Shown piece after piece: positions 8,065 through 16,415 of a stretch of 41,166 nt of DNA. A model generated the notes under the pieces. That model had not been told where the DNA came from and did no database searches. It saw only the letters and a list, made by a program, of their open reading frames with translations. The stretch is from IMG/VR virus record IMGVR_UViG_3300048574_000468, positions 1 to 41,166 of that record. One strand, 5' to 3'. The position numbers and the translations under genes were made by a program. Each line of letters starts with the position of its first letter. The first letter of the stretch is position 1. The stretch comes from a virus. Its lineage: Duplodnaviria > Caudoviricetes.

Positions 8065-10227
8065 TCACGCTTCACCCTTGCTCTTGATCCCCGCTCGTGG
8101 GTCTTGTTTTGCCACCCCGAAATCGTGGTAGCCACGAAGCTCGACGCCAAGTACGGAGAAATCCGCCTCGGCCGTTTCGATCGTGGGCGACTCTTGGCCG
8201 TTGAGAAACGCCACTTCGATCGCGGGCAGATCGCCAGGGTCGGCCAAAAGATACCACGCCTTGCCCGAGTTGCCTGTATAATGGCTGTTCGAAAGATACC
8301 GGCTCACCTCCGCACGGAACTTGCCTTGGTGTGGGTTGGCGAGCGGATATTTGTTATTGGCCGTCGTATCGCGGATTTCGAGCGACTTGAACAGCTGCGT
8401 CGCCATGGCGCTGAGCGAGGTGGGCACAAGCAGAATCGCCGGCATGATGCCGATCGGCTTGTTGTCGCTGTCGCAGAGGTCCATGAAAGAGACCTCGGCC
8501 TTCGTCAGCCCATCGATCGACAACACCGTATCCGCGCCAGAAAGATAGTTCTTGTTGCCGGCGTTAAAGAAAGTTTCATTGTCCAATAACGTGGCCCAAA
8601 ACACGTCGTTGATCTTGAGCCCGGAACCACGCCCGAGTTTCCGCGGCACCGTGGTGATCGCGCCGAGATCGTCGTTGATAATATCGCGCCGATCGATCGA
8701 GAGCAGCAGTCCGTAGGTGTCGGCCTTGTTCGTGTAGGTCTCGTTGCCCAAGGTGCCGTGTTTGAGTTCACCGCCCGGGGCGACCTGTTCGTATTGGTCC
8801 TTGCCAATAAGCCGATAACTGGTGACCGTTTTGAAGTCCGACACATTTCGCACGGCGCAGATGTTCCGCCACGTCCGCTCGACCGCGAAAAAGCCTTCCA
8901 ACAAAAACTTATTGGCCACGTTGGAGAGAATGCCGCCAATGTCAACGGTCGAAAAACCGGCTTCCAATTCCGGATTGAAGGCGAACCGCATGATGGCACG
9001 GCTGTCGCGGAAGCTGCGACCGGTGTAGCCATTGGCCCAAGCGGCCTCCAAAATCAACTCCTGCAAACCGATGCCGCCACGAAAGCGTTTTGTGGCCGCC
9101 TCGAGTGCCTGCTCGTCAAAGAGGTTTTCGACGTGGTCGAGTTTTGCGGTTAGCAAACAGGCTGCTTCCAAAATCGTGCCGTTGACAACCTCTTGGCGAA
9201 CATGCATTGCCGGCGCCGTCGGTCGGCTGCCTCGCAGAATTTCCAATTCGCATCGCGTGGCGTCCCAACCATCGCGAATCGCCTGGGCTTCGATTTCGGG
9301 AAAACGGCCGGCACAGAGACGGCGCATCGTGGCGATTCGATTGCTCTCGGCCGCAGCCTCGGCCCGCATCTTCTCCACGGTGGGTATGCTGGACTGTTGC
9401 GAAGTGGGCTGTGCCGCCTGAACCGGGGCGGGCGTTTGTGCCGTCCCTGCCGTAGCGGGGGAGCCAATCAGCGAATCTGTGCCCCTAGTAATACGGTCTC
9501 CCATCGCTAGGTTCCTTTCCGTTTCCAAAACATCCTGCTGGAAGGGGATGGCGAAGGCGGCGACGCTCGCACTGGTCTGGCCATCGGCTCCCAAATCGAC
9601 GAAACTGATCTCGCCCAAGGTTGCCTTTCGCACAACATTCAACGGCCCCAAAAAATCGCGGCCGTTCACCAACACCTTTTGGTCGGGCTTGATGAACTCA
9701 AACTCGGCAACGCCGGCGCCGATCGACGCCTGCCACGGAAAGCCATTTCGGGCGGAGGTGACAATTTCCCGTGCGGCGGACGTATCTCGCGAAACAACTC
9801 CAGCGGCCAAGAGCTTTCCCTCTTCAATCCGAATGGTGTCGGTGTGGCCAACGCCGCTTTGCATGTCATGCCCAAACCGGATCGGGCGGTTTTGCGACGG
9901 AATGCCGAGCCCGGCCAGATCGACAACGACGGGATAACGCCAGCCGGAAATCCGCATCGGGCCGCCGGTATAAGCGACCATCGAAAACTTTGGCAGCTTT
10001 GGTTTACCGTCGGCCATCGGTTCGCCATCCGCGGTGGCCTCGATCGTGATCGCCCCCGGCTCACTCAGAAGATTGAAAAAGCCCTCGGCACGTATTTTGG
10101 CCTGACGTTCACAGACCGCGCGACGCTGGGCCGTATCGGGAAACTCCCGAACCATCGTCGGATCGGCCATGCAACGGATCATGAACTGATCGTGGGGCTC
10201 GTCGACATTTCGAATAGGCAGTGGCAT
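8065..10227 (-). CDS. Prohead protease/scaffold - major capsid protein fusion
   Basis: N-part AYTGG...H...WQASIG...EISFVDLGAD (herpes/HK97-type protease-like), Ala/Pro/Gln linker and coiled scaffold, C-part VSDFK...IINDDLGA...EVAFLNGQESP...DFGV (Mu gpT-like capsid domain). Confidence 0.9.
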   Translation of the reverse strand: MPLPIRNVDEPHDQFMIRCMADPTMVREFPDTAQRRAVCERQAKIRAEGFFNLLSEPGAITIEATADGEPMADGKPKLPKFSMVAYTGGPMRISGWRYPVVVDLAGLGIPSQNRPIRFGHDMQSGVGHTDTIRIEEGKLLAAGVVSRDTSAAREIVTSARNGFPWQASIGAGVAEFEFIKPDQKVLVNGRDFLGPLNVVRKATLGEISFVDLGADGQTSASVAAFAIPFQQDVLETERNLAMGDRITRGTDSLIGSPATAGTAQTPAPVQAAQPTSQQSSIPTVEKMRAEAAAESNRIATMRRLCAGRFPEIEAQAIRDGWDATRCELEILRGSRPTAPAMHVRQEVVNGTILEAACLLTAKLDHVENLFDEQALEAATKRFRGGIGLQELILEAAWANGYTGRSFRDSRAIMRFAFNPELEAGFSTVDIGGILSNVANKFLLEGFFAVERTWRNICAVRNVSDFKTVTSYRLIGKDQYEQVAPGGELKHGTLGNETYTNKADTYGLLLSIDRRDIINDDLGAITTVPRKLGRGSGLKINDVFWATLLDNETFFNAGNKNYLSGADTVLSIDGLTKAEVSFMDLCDSDNKPIGIMPAILLVPTSLSAMATQLFKSLEIRDTTANNKYPLANPHQGKFRAEVSRYLSNSHYTGNSGKAWYLLADPGDLPAIEVAFLNGQESPTIETAEADFSVLGVELRGYHDFGVAKQDPRAGIKSKGEA

Positions 10228-10230
10228 CTC

Positions 10231-11697
10231 TCAATCCTCCTCATCCGAGTTTTTTGGTTCATGGTTTACAGGAACAGTAGCCGTCGGCGATTGAGCCATC
10301 GGCAATCCCAACTTCTGCATCAACGAGACTTCTTTCGCCCGCTGGCGGAGTTCGCTCTCCCAATCGCGTCCCTGCCGGGCATATTCGTAGGCCAAGGTGG
10401 TCGTGTGATTCTGCAATCGCGTTGCCTGAGCGTTGGCTTCCTTGGCGGGATCGACATGCTCCTGTCCATCCCAAAACCACTGATGGGAGAGATCACGGAA
10501 CGTTGCGGTGCGGAGCCAGAGCGGCACGAAGTCGCTGATCAATATCGCCTCGTCGAGCCAAGCTCGCAGCACGCGGTCGAGCACTACAACGCCCATCTGC
10601 GACTGATCAACGCGGATTGATTTATAGTAGACTTGATGATCGAGCCGCCCGCTAGCGTAGTTGTAGCCCGAAGAATTGCCACAGGCGACATTGAACGGCA
10701 TGTTGAGACAGCGTGCGATTTCGTTGAGAATCTCCTTTTTAAATTCCGAAAATCCTGTCGAAGGTTGTTGGGCCTGGATCTGGCTCAGCTTCCATCCGCC
10801 CGGAAGCACGGTGGCCATGCGGCGCTCGAGTTCCACCAAGTCCATGGGTTCAACCGGATCGGCCTCGCCGCTCGCCGGCGCATCGGTGTAAAGAACGGCG
10901 GCGAAATCGGCGGCTGTCTCGGCGGCGGCGATGACTGCAAGCGTGTAACGCCGCAATTGTGCAAAGAGCGGCAGCGCCGGCGTGATTTCAGGAATGCCGC
11001 GGTTTTGGCCAGGCCGGTCGGCGCGAAAATAATGGACCATTGCGGACGCCGGGACGCGGTCGTAGTCGAGCGAGAACCCGACAATACTATCGCCCGGATG
11101 ATTTTTGAGTACATGGTATTCGATGGGGTTGCCATGCGGATCAAAGACAATTCCATCAATCGCGTTGGAATTGAAAAACCATCGAGCCAGGTCAGGCGTG
11201 GCCACTTGGTCAGCCTCGATCAGTCGCAGATCGAGTTTCACGGGTGAATCCACCTTCGGATTCGCCACCAGCATCCCAAAGGCCTCGCCGGATTCCGCTC
11301 GTGCCATTCGCATCGTGCGTAGCTTCTCAGGAAGTAAGACGGCCTCGGCCCAACGCATGAACTCTCGTTCAATGACTCGGTTGGTATCGTCTTCATCGGT
11401 AAGCATCTGAAGTCTGGGGCCGGTGCCGATGCAATCATTCGCCAACGTTGAAACGATTCCGCGTGCATAACTATTGTTGGCCACCTCGTATCGGGCACGG
11501 CTGCGGAGCGTTCGGCGAACTGTCGCATTATTGGCGGCGTTGGCGGACAGGAGATCGGCGTTGGCCCAATGTCGACGGTTCTCGTCGGTCGTTGCGGCGG
11601 CATCGTAGCGACCGCGAACCCGGAGCGGCACATGCACCATACGGAGCATTTTGCGTTGCGATTCGCTGCCATAGATCTTTTTGAGCCAGCCGAACAT
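10231..11697 (-). CDS. Phage portal protein, lambda family
   Basis: LRSRARYEVANNSYARG, GQNRGIP, YNYASGRLD and HVDPAKEA motifs. Confidence 0.93.
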   Translation of the reverse strand: MFGWLKKIYGSESQRKMLRMVHVPLRVRGRYDAAATTDENRRHWANADLLSANAANNATVRRTLRSRARYEVANNSYARGIVSTLANDCIGTGPRLQMLTDEDDTNRVIEREFMRWAEAVLLPEKLRTMRMARAESGEAFGMLVANPKVDSPVKLDLRLIEADQVATPDLARWFFNSNAIDGIVFDPHGNPIEYHVLKNHPGDSIVGFSLDYDRVPASAMVHYFRADRPGQNRGIPEITPALPLFAQLRRYTLAVIAAAETAADFAAVLYTDAPASGEADPVEPMDLVELERRMATVLPGGWKLSQIQAQQPSTGFSEFKKEILNEIARCLNMPFNVACGNSSGYNYASGRLDHQVYYKSIRVDQSQMGVVVLDRVLRAWLDEAILISDFVPLWLRTATFRDLSHQWFWDGQEHVDPAKEANAQATRLQNHTTTLAYEYARQGRDWESELRQRAKEVSLMQKLGLPMAQSPTATVPVNHEPKNSDEED

Positions 11698-11711
11698 GCG
11701 TGGTTCACCTG

Positions 11712-11909
11712 TCAATCCGTCCCTGGTGGGACCAGCTTTTTCAACCGAATGCCAAGTCCCTTCCGTTGAGCCGCCCTTTTGCTCTCCAAGTACCGATCTG
11801 CCGCAATCTGGTCGGGCAGGCTATGTTGCTCCATACTGCCCGAATCGCCCGAAGCTTTTGCCGGCCCTTCGGCGTTTTTTTCGATTATGTCAACCAACGA
11901 ATCCGTCAT
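11712..11909 (-). CDS. Head completion protein (gpW-like)
   Basis: 65 aa between terminase and portal; GAGGGA RBS; SMEQHSLPDQIAADRYL. Confidence 0.7.
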   Translation of the reverse strand: MTDSLVDIIEKNAEGPAKASGDSGSMEQHSLPDQIAADRYLESKRAAQRKGLGIRLKKLVPPGTD

Positions 11910-11928
11910 CACATCCCTCTTGATTTCC

Positions 11929-12050
11929 GACAACCATTCCAGGCGAGACCAACAAAAAAGGCAGCGCGGTGATACGGCACCGTACTGCCTTTGTGTTGGT
12001 CTGGTGTCACGGTCGGTGATCAGCCGACAATGTCGCCCGGTCTGGTTGTC
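11929..12050 (-). ncRNA. Candidate structured cis-regulatory RNA leader (three-way junction with terminator-like arm)
   Basis: Outer stem 11929-11946 with 12033-12050, long hairpin 11946-12002 with a U-run on the minus strand, small hairpin 12012-12028 with a CUGAUCA loop. Confidence 0.6.
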
Positions 12051-12059
12051 TGCATTTGG

Positions 12060-12305
12060 TTATATCAACGGAAACCCCTCACCGGAAGATTTCTTTTCTG
12101 GCAAGTTAACTTCGACGGCGGTGGACTGCGCGGGCAGCGGCTCACAAACCTTCATTCTCCTTCCGCAATGGCGACACGCATGAGTGCGAACAATTCGATA
12201 CGGAGTGCTGCGAACCTCCACCATCGGCATGTGGCGGCATCCACAGCGTGGACATTCCAGGTTTTGACACACTTGCTCGGACTCTTGATGTTCGTCAGCC
12301 ATCAT
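12060..12305 (-). CDS. Small Zn-ribbon protein (Ogr/Com/NrdR-N-like)
   Basis: CPRCG...CRHCG; ATGA overlap with the terminase stop. Confidence 0.7.
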   Translation of the reverse strand: MMADEHQESEQVCQNLECPRCGCRHMPMVEVRSTPYRIVRTHACRHCGRRMKVCEPLPAQSTAVEVNLPEKKSSGEGFPLI

Positions 12306-14623
12306 CTTCTGCCTCGTTGCAAGTCGGAAAGACGGATCCTTGGACGCTTTGGCACAGGTGCCTGGCCCGTTCCGAACAAAATGACTCCCTGAATCGATGC
12401 CGCCACGGCACAACCGACTAGGCAATCGAGCCAATGGTTCTCACTGGCCTCGGGACGCAGCTTCCATTCGTCCACCGTTCGCCCCCTTCCTGCGGTCTTG
12501 ATGCGATATTCGGCGGTGATATGTTCGGCAAATAGCCGGTGACGCTCGGGATTGTCGCCAAAGAGCGACATACATCCCCGATCACCCATTGCTACGGCCA
12601 GTCGGGCGTGGCAAAACGTTTTCCAGTAGTTGGTGTCGAACACCACATGCCGCACCGCCCGTTTCCCCTGGACGTTGGGGATCCGCCAATTGTGTCCTAC
12701 GCGGTCGCCGAGTTTCTTCTTGTACTCCGAAAAGGGAAGGCTTGATGCCCCGACGAAACGGCCGTGACTGGGGAGCAGAATGGCGGAATGCATGGATTGC
12801 CGGCAGAACTGGTAGACGACGTCGGTCGAGACGCCCCAATTGGCGTCGATCAAACACCGGTCGATTTGCATGTCGGCCCCGTCATCACGGTGGAGTTTCT
12901 TGGCAAGCTGTTGGCTGGTCAGAGTTTCCAAGCCAGCGTAGATCGATCCCTCAAGGCCGGTGCCCAACGCCGCGGTGGCCAACGTGTGCCTGGCGTCACG
13001 GAGCGTGAAATAGCCCCGCTTTTGATCGGGGTAGCTGCCATAGTCCACCACATAGCCCGTAAAATCATCCTCCCAGGCTGCGATAACATAAAACAAGAGC
13101 TTCGCCTGGATGTCGATAAACATTGTGACGTGGTTGCAACCGATCGGCACCGAGTCACGGCCGAGCCGGTTGATCTTGGCCGCAACTTGGTCGGCTGTCA
13201 TGAGATCGTCATCGGTCACCTCTTCTGGCAAGGGTTCGTTTTGGTATTCGGCAAAAAACGCTGCCTCGTCCTGGAGTTTCAGGTTCATGGCATGTTGGAT
13301 GGCCGACAATTCGTCATAATTGAAACGTTCACGCCAGGCAACTTGGGTACCTTCGTCCATGGCTTCCTTATTATTGCCGTAGAACTCCGTTGCCTCTCGG
13401 CCGCCGTGCCCCATCCGCAGGCTTTCGGCACGAATTTCCGCATACCGGATCCAAAGTTTTTCATTGCTTGGGAACGAATAGACCATTTTGGTCCGTTCGC
13501 CGTTCCATTCCGGGTGTTTGTCGCGATCCAAAATGTTGTCGGCCATGTCGCCCGGCCGAATCACAGTGCACGGCATAATGCCCGAAATCTTTTTACCGGG
13601 ACCGGCTAGGCCCAGGACGGCACCAGCCAAGATGCTTTCTCGAGTTGCACACTGTGAAAGACTTCGGGCGGATTCGTCGGTCTGCGGATCATCGATCACC
13701 ACCAGCGACGGTCGCGCCGTCTGGCCATCAGCCCGCTTGTATTTCATGCCCCGGATGCGGCCGGTAATGCCGGCCACTTTGATGATGGCGCCGCTGGCCA
13801 ACGAGCGACCATCGTCGTCGACGAAAGGACGCAACGATGGGTTATCTAACCAGCCGGCCGGTTTCAGTGTAGGTAGCACAATGTCTTTTGCCGTCCAGCC
13901 GATATGGGTTCGCTCCTCCTGATAGAGTTGTCCGCTACAACGGTTGGCAATCCCGTCCAGGCATTGGATCGGAAAACAGACGTCTGGAAAATCGTCAAGC
14001 AGCAAGTCATTGCCATCGAGTTCCGTCTTGATCGATTCGAGCATGTCCATCGCATGGCCTTCGTCGGACCCGATCAGGCAGACGAAGTCACGATGGCCGT
14101 AGAGAACCGCCCAAAGGCAGGCACACTCCGCTTGACTCGTTTTGCCGTTGCCACGGGGCATTGCCATCGCAAATAGGCCGCCCTTCAAAACCGCCTCTTC
14201 GATCTTCGCGATCACCTTCAAATGATCTGCTGACCATGGCAGGTGAAATGTCAGTGGGAAGTACGATTCGCAGAAGAACCGAAAGTCCTTGGCCGCCTTC
14301 ATTCTCCGGGCGGGGTTGACTGGGGCCGGAAGTTGACCAACGTCCCGTCCCACCAAAGAAGTGGCGGCGTTGTAAGCCCGCGAGTGCTCCTTTCGATTGG
14401 AATAAGGATTGGCATTCGGCAGTGTTTTCGGCGTGTGACAAATCTCGAACAGCCAACCGACATAGCGAAACAGATCGATGCACTTGCCGTCGCCAATTCG
14501 AAAACCGATGCGGGCATTGTGGCGATAGATTTCCCGCTCGCCGATCACCTCGCCCAAGGGCGTGGCGTTGAGCAGCCTGCACAACTGCAGTGGGCGTAAT
14601 CGACGGAGGTCAATCGGTGCCAT
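12302..14623 (-). CDS. Terminase large subunit (gpA-type nuclease domain)
   Basis: Walker A MPRGNGKT, Walker B LVVIDD, nuclease motifs FIDIQ, LIDANWG and ENHWLDC; upstream of the portal gene. Confidence 0.92.
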   Translation of the reverse strand: MAPIDLRRLRPLQLCRLLNATPLGEVIGEREIYRHNARIGFRIGDGKCIDLFRYVGWLFEICHTPKTLPNANPYSNRKEHSRAYNAATSLVGRDVGQLPAPVNPARRMKAAKDFRFFCESYFPLTFHLPWSADHLKVIAKIEEAVLKGGLFAMAMPRGNGKTSQAECACLWAVLYGHRDFVCLIGSDEGHAMDMLESIKTELDGNDLLLDDFPDVCFPIQCLDGIANRCSGQLYQEERTHIGWTAKDIVLPTLKPAGWLDNPSLRPFVDDDGRSLASGAIIKVAGITGRIRGMKYKRADGQTARPSLVVIDDPQTDESARSLSQCATRESILAGAVLGLAGPGKKISGIMPCTVIRPGDMADNILDRDKHPEWNGERTKMVYSFPSNEKLWIRYAEIRAESLRMGHGGREATEFYGNNKEAMDEGTQVAWRERFNYDELSAIQHAMNLKLQDEAAFFAEYQNEPLPEEVTDDDLMTADQVAAKINRLGRDSVPIGCNHVTMFIDIQAKLLFYVIAAWEDDFTGYVVDYGSYPDQKRGYFTLRDARHTLATAALGTGLEGSIYAGLETLTSQQLAKKLHRDDGADMQIDRCLIDANWGVSTDVVYQFCRQSMHSAILLPSHGRFVGASSLPFSEYKKKLGDRVGHNWRIPNVQGKRAVRHVVFDTNYWKTFCHARLAVAMGDRGCMSLFGDNPERHRLFAEHITAEYRIKTAGRGRTVDEWKLRPEASENHWLDCLVGCAVAASIQGVILFGTGQAPVPKRPRIRLSDLQRGRR

Positions 14624-14840
14624 GGTGGAGCATTTCTCGCGTGAGCCAAGCAGCGTAATGAAGTAGGTTCAGCGTGCCATCACGGTTCGTGGGCGCACCA
14701 TCGTCGATGTCGGCTTGCAGCATTTCTATGGTGACGGGCTTCGGGCCGAATGCCGAGAGAATCTTAGCCATGTCTTCCAGCCGTAAGGATTGGGGGCTGA
14801 TTCCGCCCAATGGCCGTCCTTCAGGGTTATCTTCTGGCAT
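14610..14840 (-). CDS. Terminase small-subunit-like winged-HTH protein
   Basis: Short protein overlapping the TerL start; LEDMAKIL...GAPTNRDGTLNLLHYAAWL resembles a Nu1-type DNA-binding domain. Confidence 0.6.
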   Translation of the reverse strand: MPEDNPEGRPLGGISPQSLRLEDMAKILSAFGPKPVTIEMLQADIDDGAPTNRDGTLNLLHYAAWLTREMLHHGTD

Positions 14841-14978
14841 GATGATGCGATCCTGGGGAAACAATTACCAAATGATTACAAGATTCTTCGCAAATTCAGC
14901 TTGCTGTTTCATCGAAATGATGGCTGATGTGTAGATGTGCGAACGAACTTCACATTTTCCAAGACAGGAGCCCGAACC

Positions 14979-15302
14979 ATGGCAACCGCAAAAAGAATCC
15001 CAATCGGCGACGATCTCGTGATTGTCCGAAAGAAACCGCGACTCAGCTGCGGAGGCCAGTGGTTGACCGGCACGCTGAACGGTCACTACTTCGATGCCCT
15101 CGTGTTCGCGGAACACGCAGAGCACCCCGATTTCGAACTGGGCACGAGCCGAATCTCGAAGCTGTGGATCAAGCGAATCAAAGATCAGAAAACGATGGTC
15201 AGTTTCGACCGGGGTTGGGATACCCGGCCCAAAACGAAGCTGGCCGGCGAGATTATGGATTTTCTGATAACCAATCTGGCAGACCGCGTTTACAACACCT
15301 AA
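14979..15302 (+). CDS. Hypothetical protein
   Basis: AGGAG RBS; protein-like sequence SRISKLWI...FDRGWDTRP. Confidence 0.7.
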   Translation: MATAKRIPIGDDLVIVRKKPRLSCGGQWLTGTLNGHYFDALVFAEHAEHPDFELGTSRISKLWIKRIKDQKTMVSFDRGWDTRPKTKLAGEIMDFLITNLADRVYNT

Positions 15303-15311
15303 CCCAATACG

Positions 15312-15689
15312 TTGAGGCTTATTGTGACCAAAAAGTATCGCATTGAAATTGTGAACGATCTGATGATGTTGCTCGATGGCGAGAACAATGGCTGCGACGC
15401 CTATGTGCTTCGCAGTTACAAAGCGGCCAAGCGAAAGCTTGCGCGATGGCGTGAGATGCATGACTTCGATGAAAACCAAGCCCTGCGTCTCTTGGGCGAG
15501 TTCTTTGAGGAGGCGAACGCCGACACAGAGCTTGCCGAAAAGATGGCCAAAATCGCCAAGTTGATCTTGAACATCCCGACGTTGGAGTGTCGGAACATGG
15601 ATGCACTCGACTTCCATGAACTTCACGTGGCCGAAATCGAATTGGCGTTGCGGCTGGCCTACGAGGTTGGCCGGGGATCGATCCATTAA
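15312..15689 (+). CDS. Hypothetical protein with C-terminal DUF6900-like domain
   Basis: IPTLECRNMDALDFHELHVAEIELALRLAYEVG motif; start codon uncertain. Confidence 0.7.
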   Translation: MRLIVTKKYRIEIVNDLMMLLDGENNGCDAYVLRSYKAAKRKLARWREMHDFDENQALRLLGEFFEEANADTELAEKMAKIAKLILNIPTLECRNMDALDFHELHVAEIELALRLAYEVGRGSIH

Positions 15690-15719
15690 CCATTTTTCAA
15701 CATTTTCAGGAGATCCATC

Positions 15720-16373
15720 ATGAAACGAAGCGACGTAAAGATTGGCGGCGTGTATATCGCCAAGGTCACCAATCGACTGGTCCAAGTCCGGATTGACAGC
15801 GAGAGCAAATACGGCGGCTGGAACGCAACGAACCTTACCAGCGGTAAGGGCATCCGTGTAAAAAGCGTTCAACGCCTGCGTGGCGTAGCAGACGCCGGAA
15901 CTGGCAAGCGTGAACGGAAAACCAAGAACGGCAAAGAGGTAGCCAAGGTCGAGGCAACTTCGCAACCCGTGCCAACATCGTTGGCTACGGTCGAAGATAC
16001 CGCCAACGTCCAACCTCAGATTGTCTGTCCAAATTGCGGCGGCACCGAGGTGGATGAGGAAGGCGATTGTGCCAAATGCCTGGAGCCAAAGATTGTGGAA
16101 CAGGCCAACAATCAAAAGCCATCTGCGTCGAAAGAACCCAAGAAGAAACGCATGGGCGGATTGGATGCGGCGGCCAAGGTATTGGAGGAAACCGGCGTTC
16201 CAATGAACGTTAAGGAGATTACTGCAGTGGCATTCACGAAGGGTTATTGGAAACCTGCCGGGCGAACCCCGTCGGCAACACTGGCTGCCGCTTTGATGCG
16301 GGAGATCGCCAAAAAAGGCGTCGCCTCTCGCTTTCGCAGAAGCGAACGCGGCAAATTCGTGTTGAATCAATAA
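15720..16373 (+). CDS. Protein with SH3-like N-terminus, Zn ribbon and HARE-type winged HTH
   Basis: AGGAG RBS; CPNCG...CAKC; C-terminal LDAAAKVL...GRTPSATL...SRF...RGKF. Confidence 0.75.
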   Translation: MKRSDVKIGGVYIAKVTNRLVQVRIDSESKYGGWNATNLTSGKGIRVKSVQRLRGVADAGTGKRERKTKNGKEVAKVEATSQPVPTSLATVEDTANVQPQIVCPNCGGTEVDEEGDCAKCLEPKIVEQANNQKPSASKEPKKKRMGGLDAAAKVLEETGVPMNVKEITAVAFTKGYWKPAGRTPSATLAAALMREIAKKGVASRFRRSERGKFVLNQ

Positions 16374-16415
16374 TAGCAAAGTCATTGGCGAAGTCCTCGC
16401 TTTTCCGACATATTC

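Noticed and set aside
12012-12028. Hammerhead ribozyme core (CUGAUCA)
   Set aside because: The core requires CUGANGA plus GAAA at a junction; here the motif is a hairpin loop and lacks G8.
14865-16385. 506-aa minus-strand ORF
   Set aside because: Antisense shadow of three plus-strand genes that have RBSs and recognisable motifs; its translation is not protein-like.
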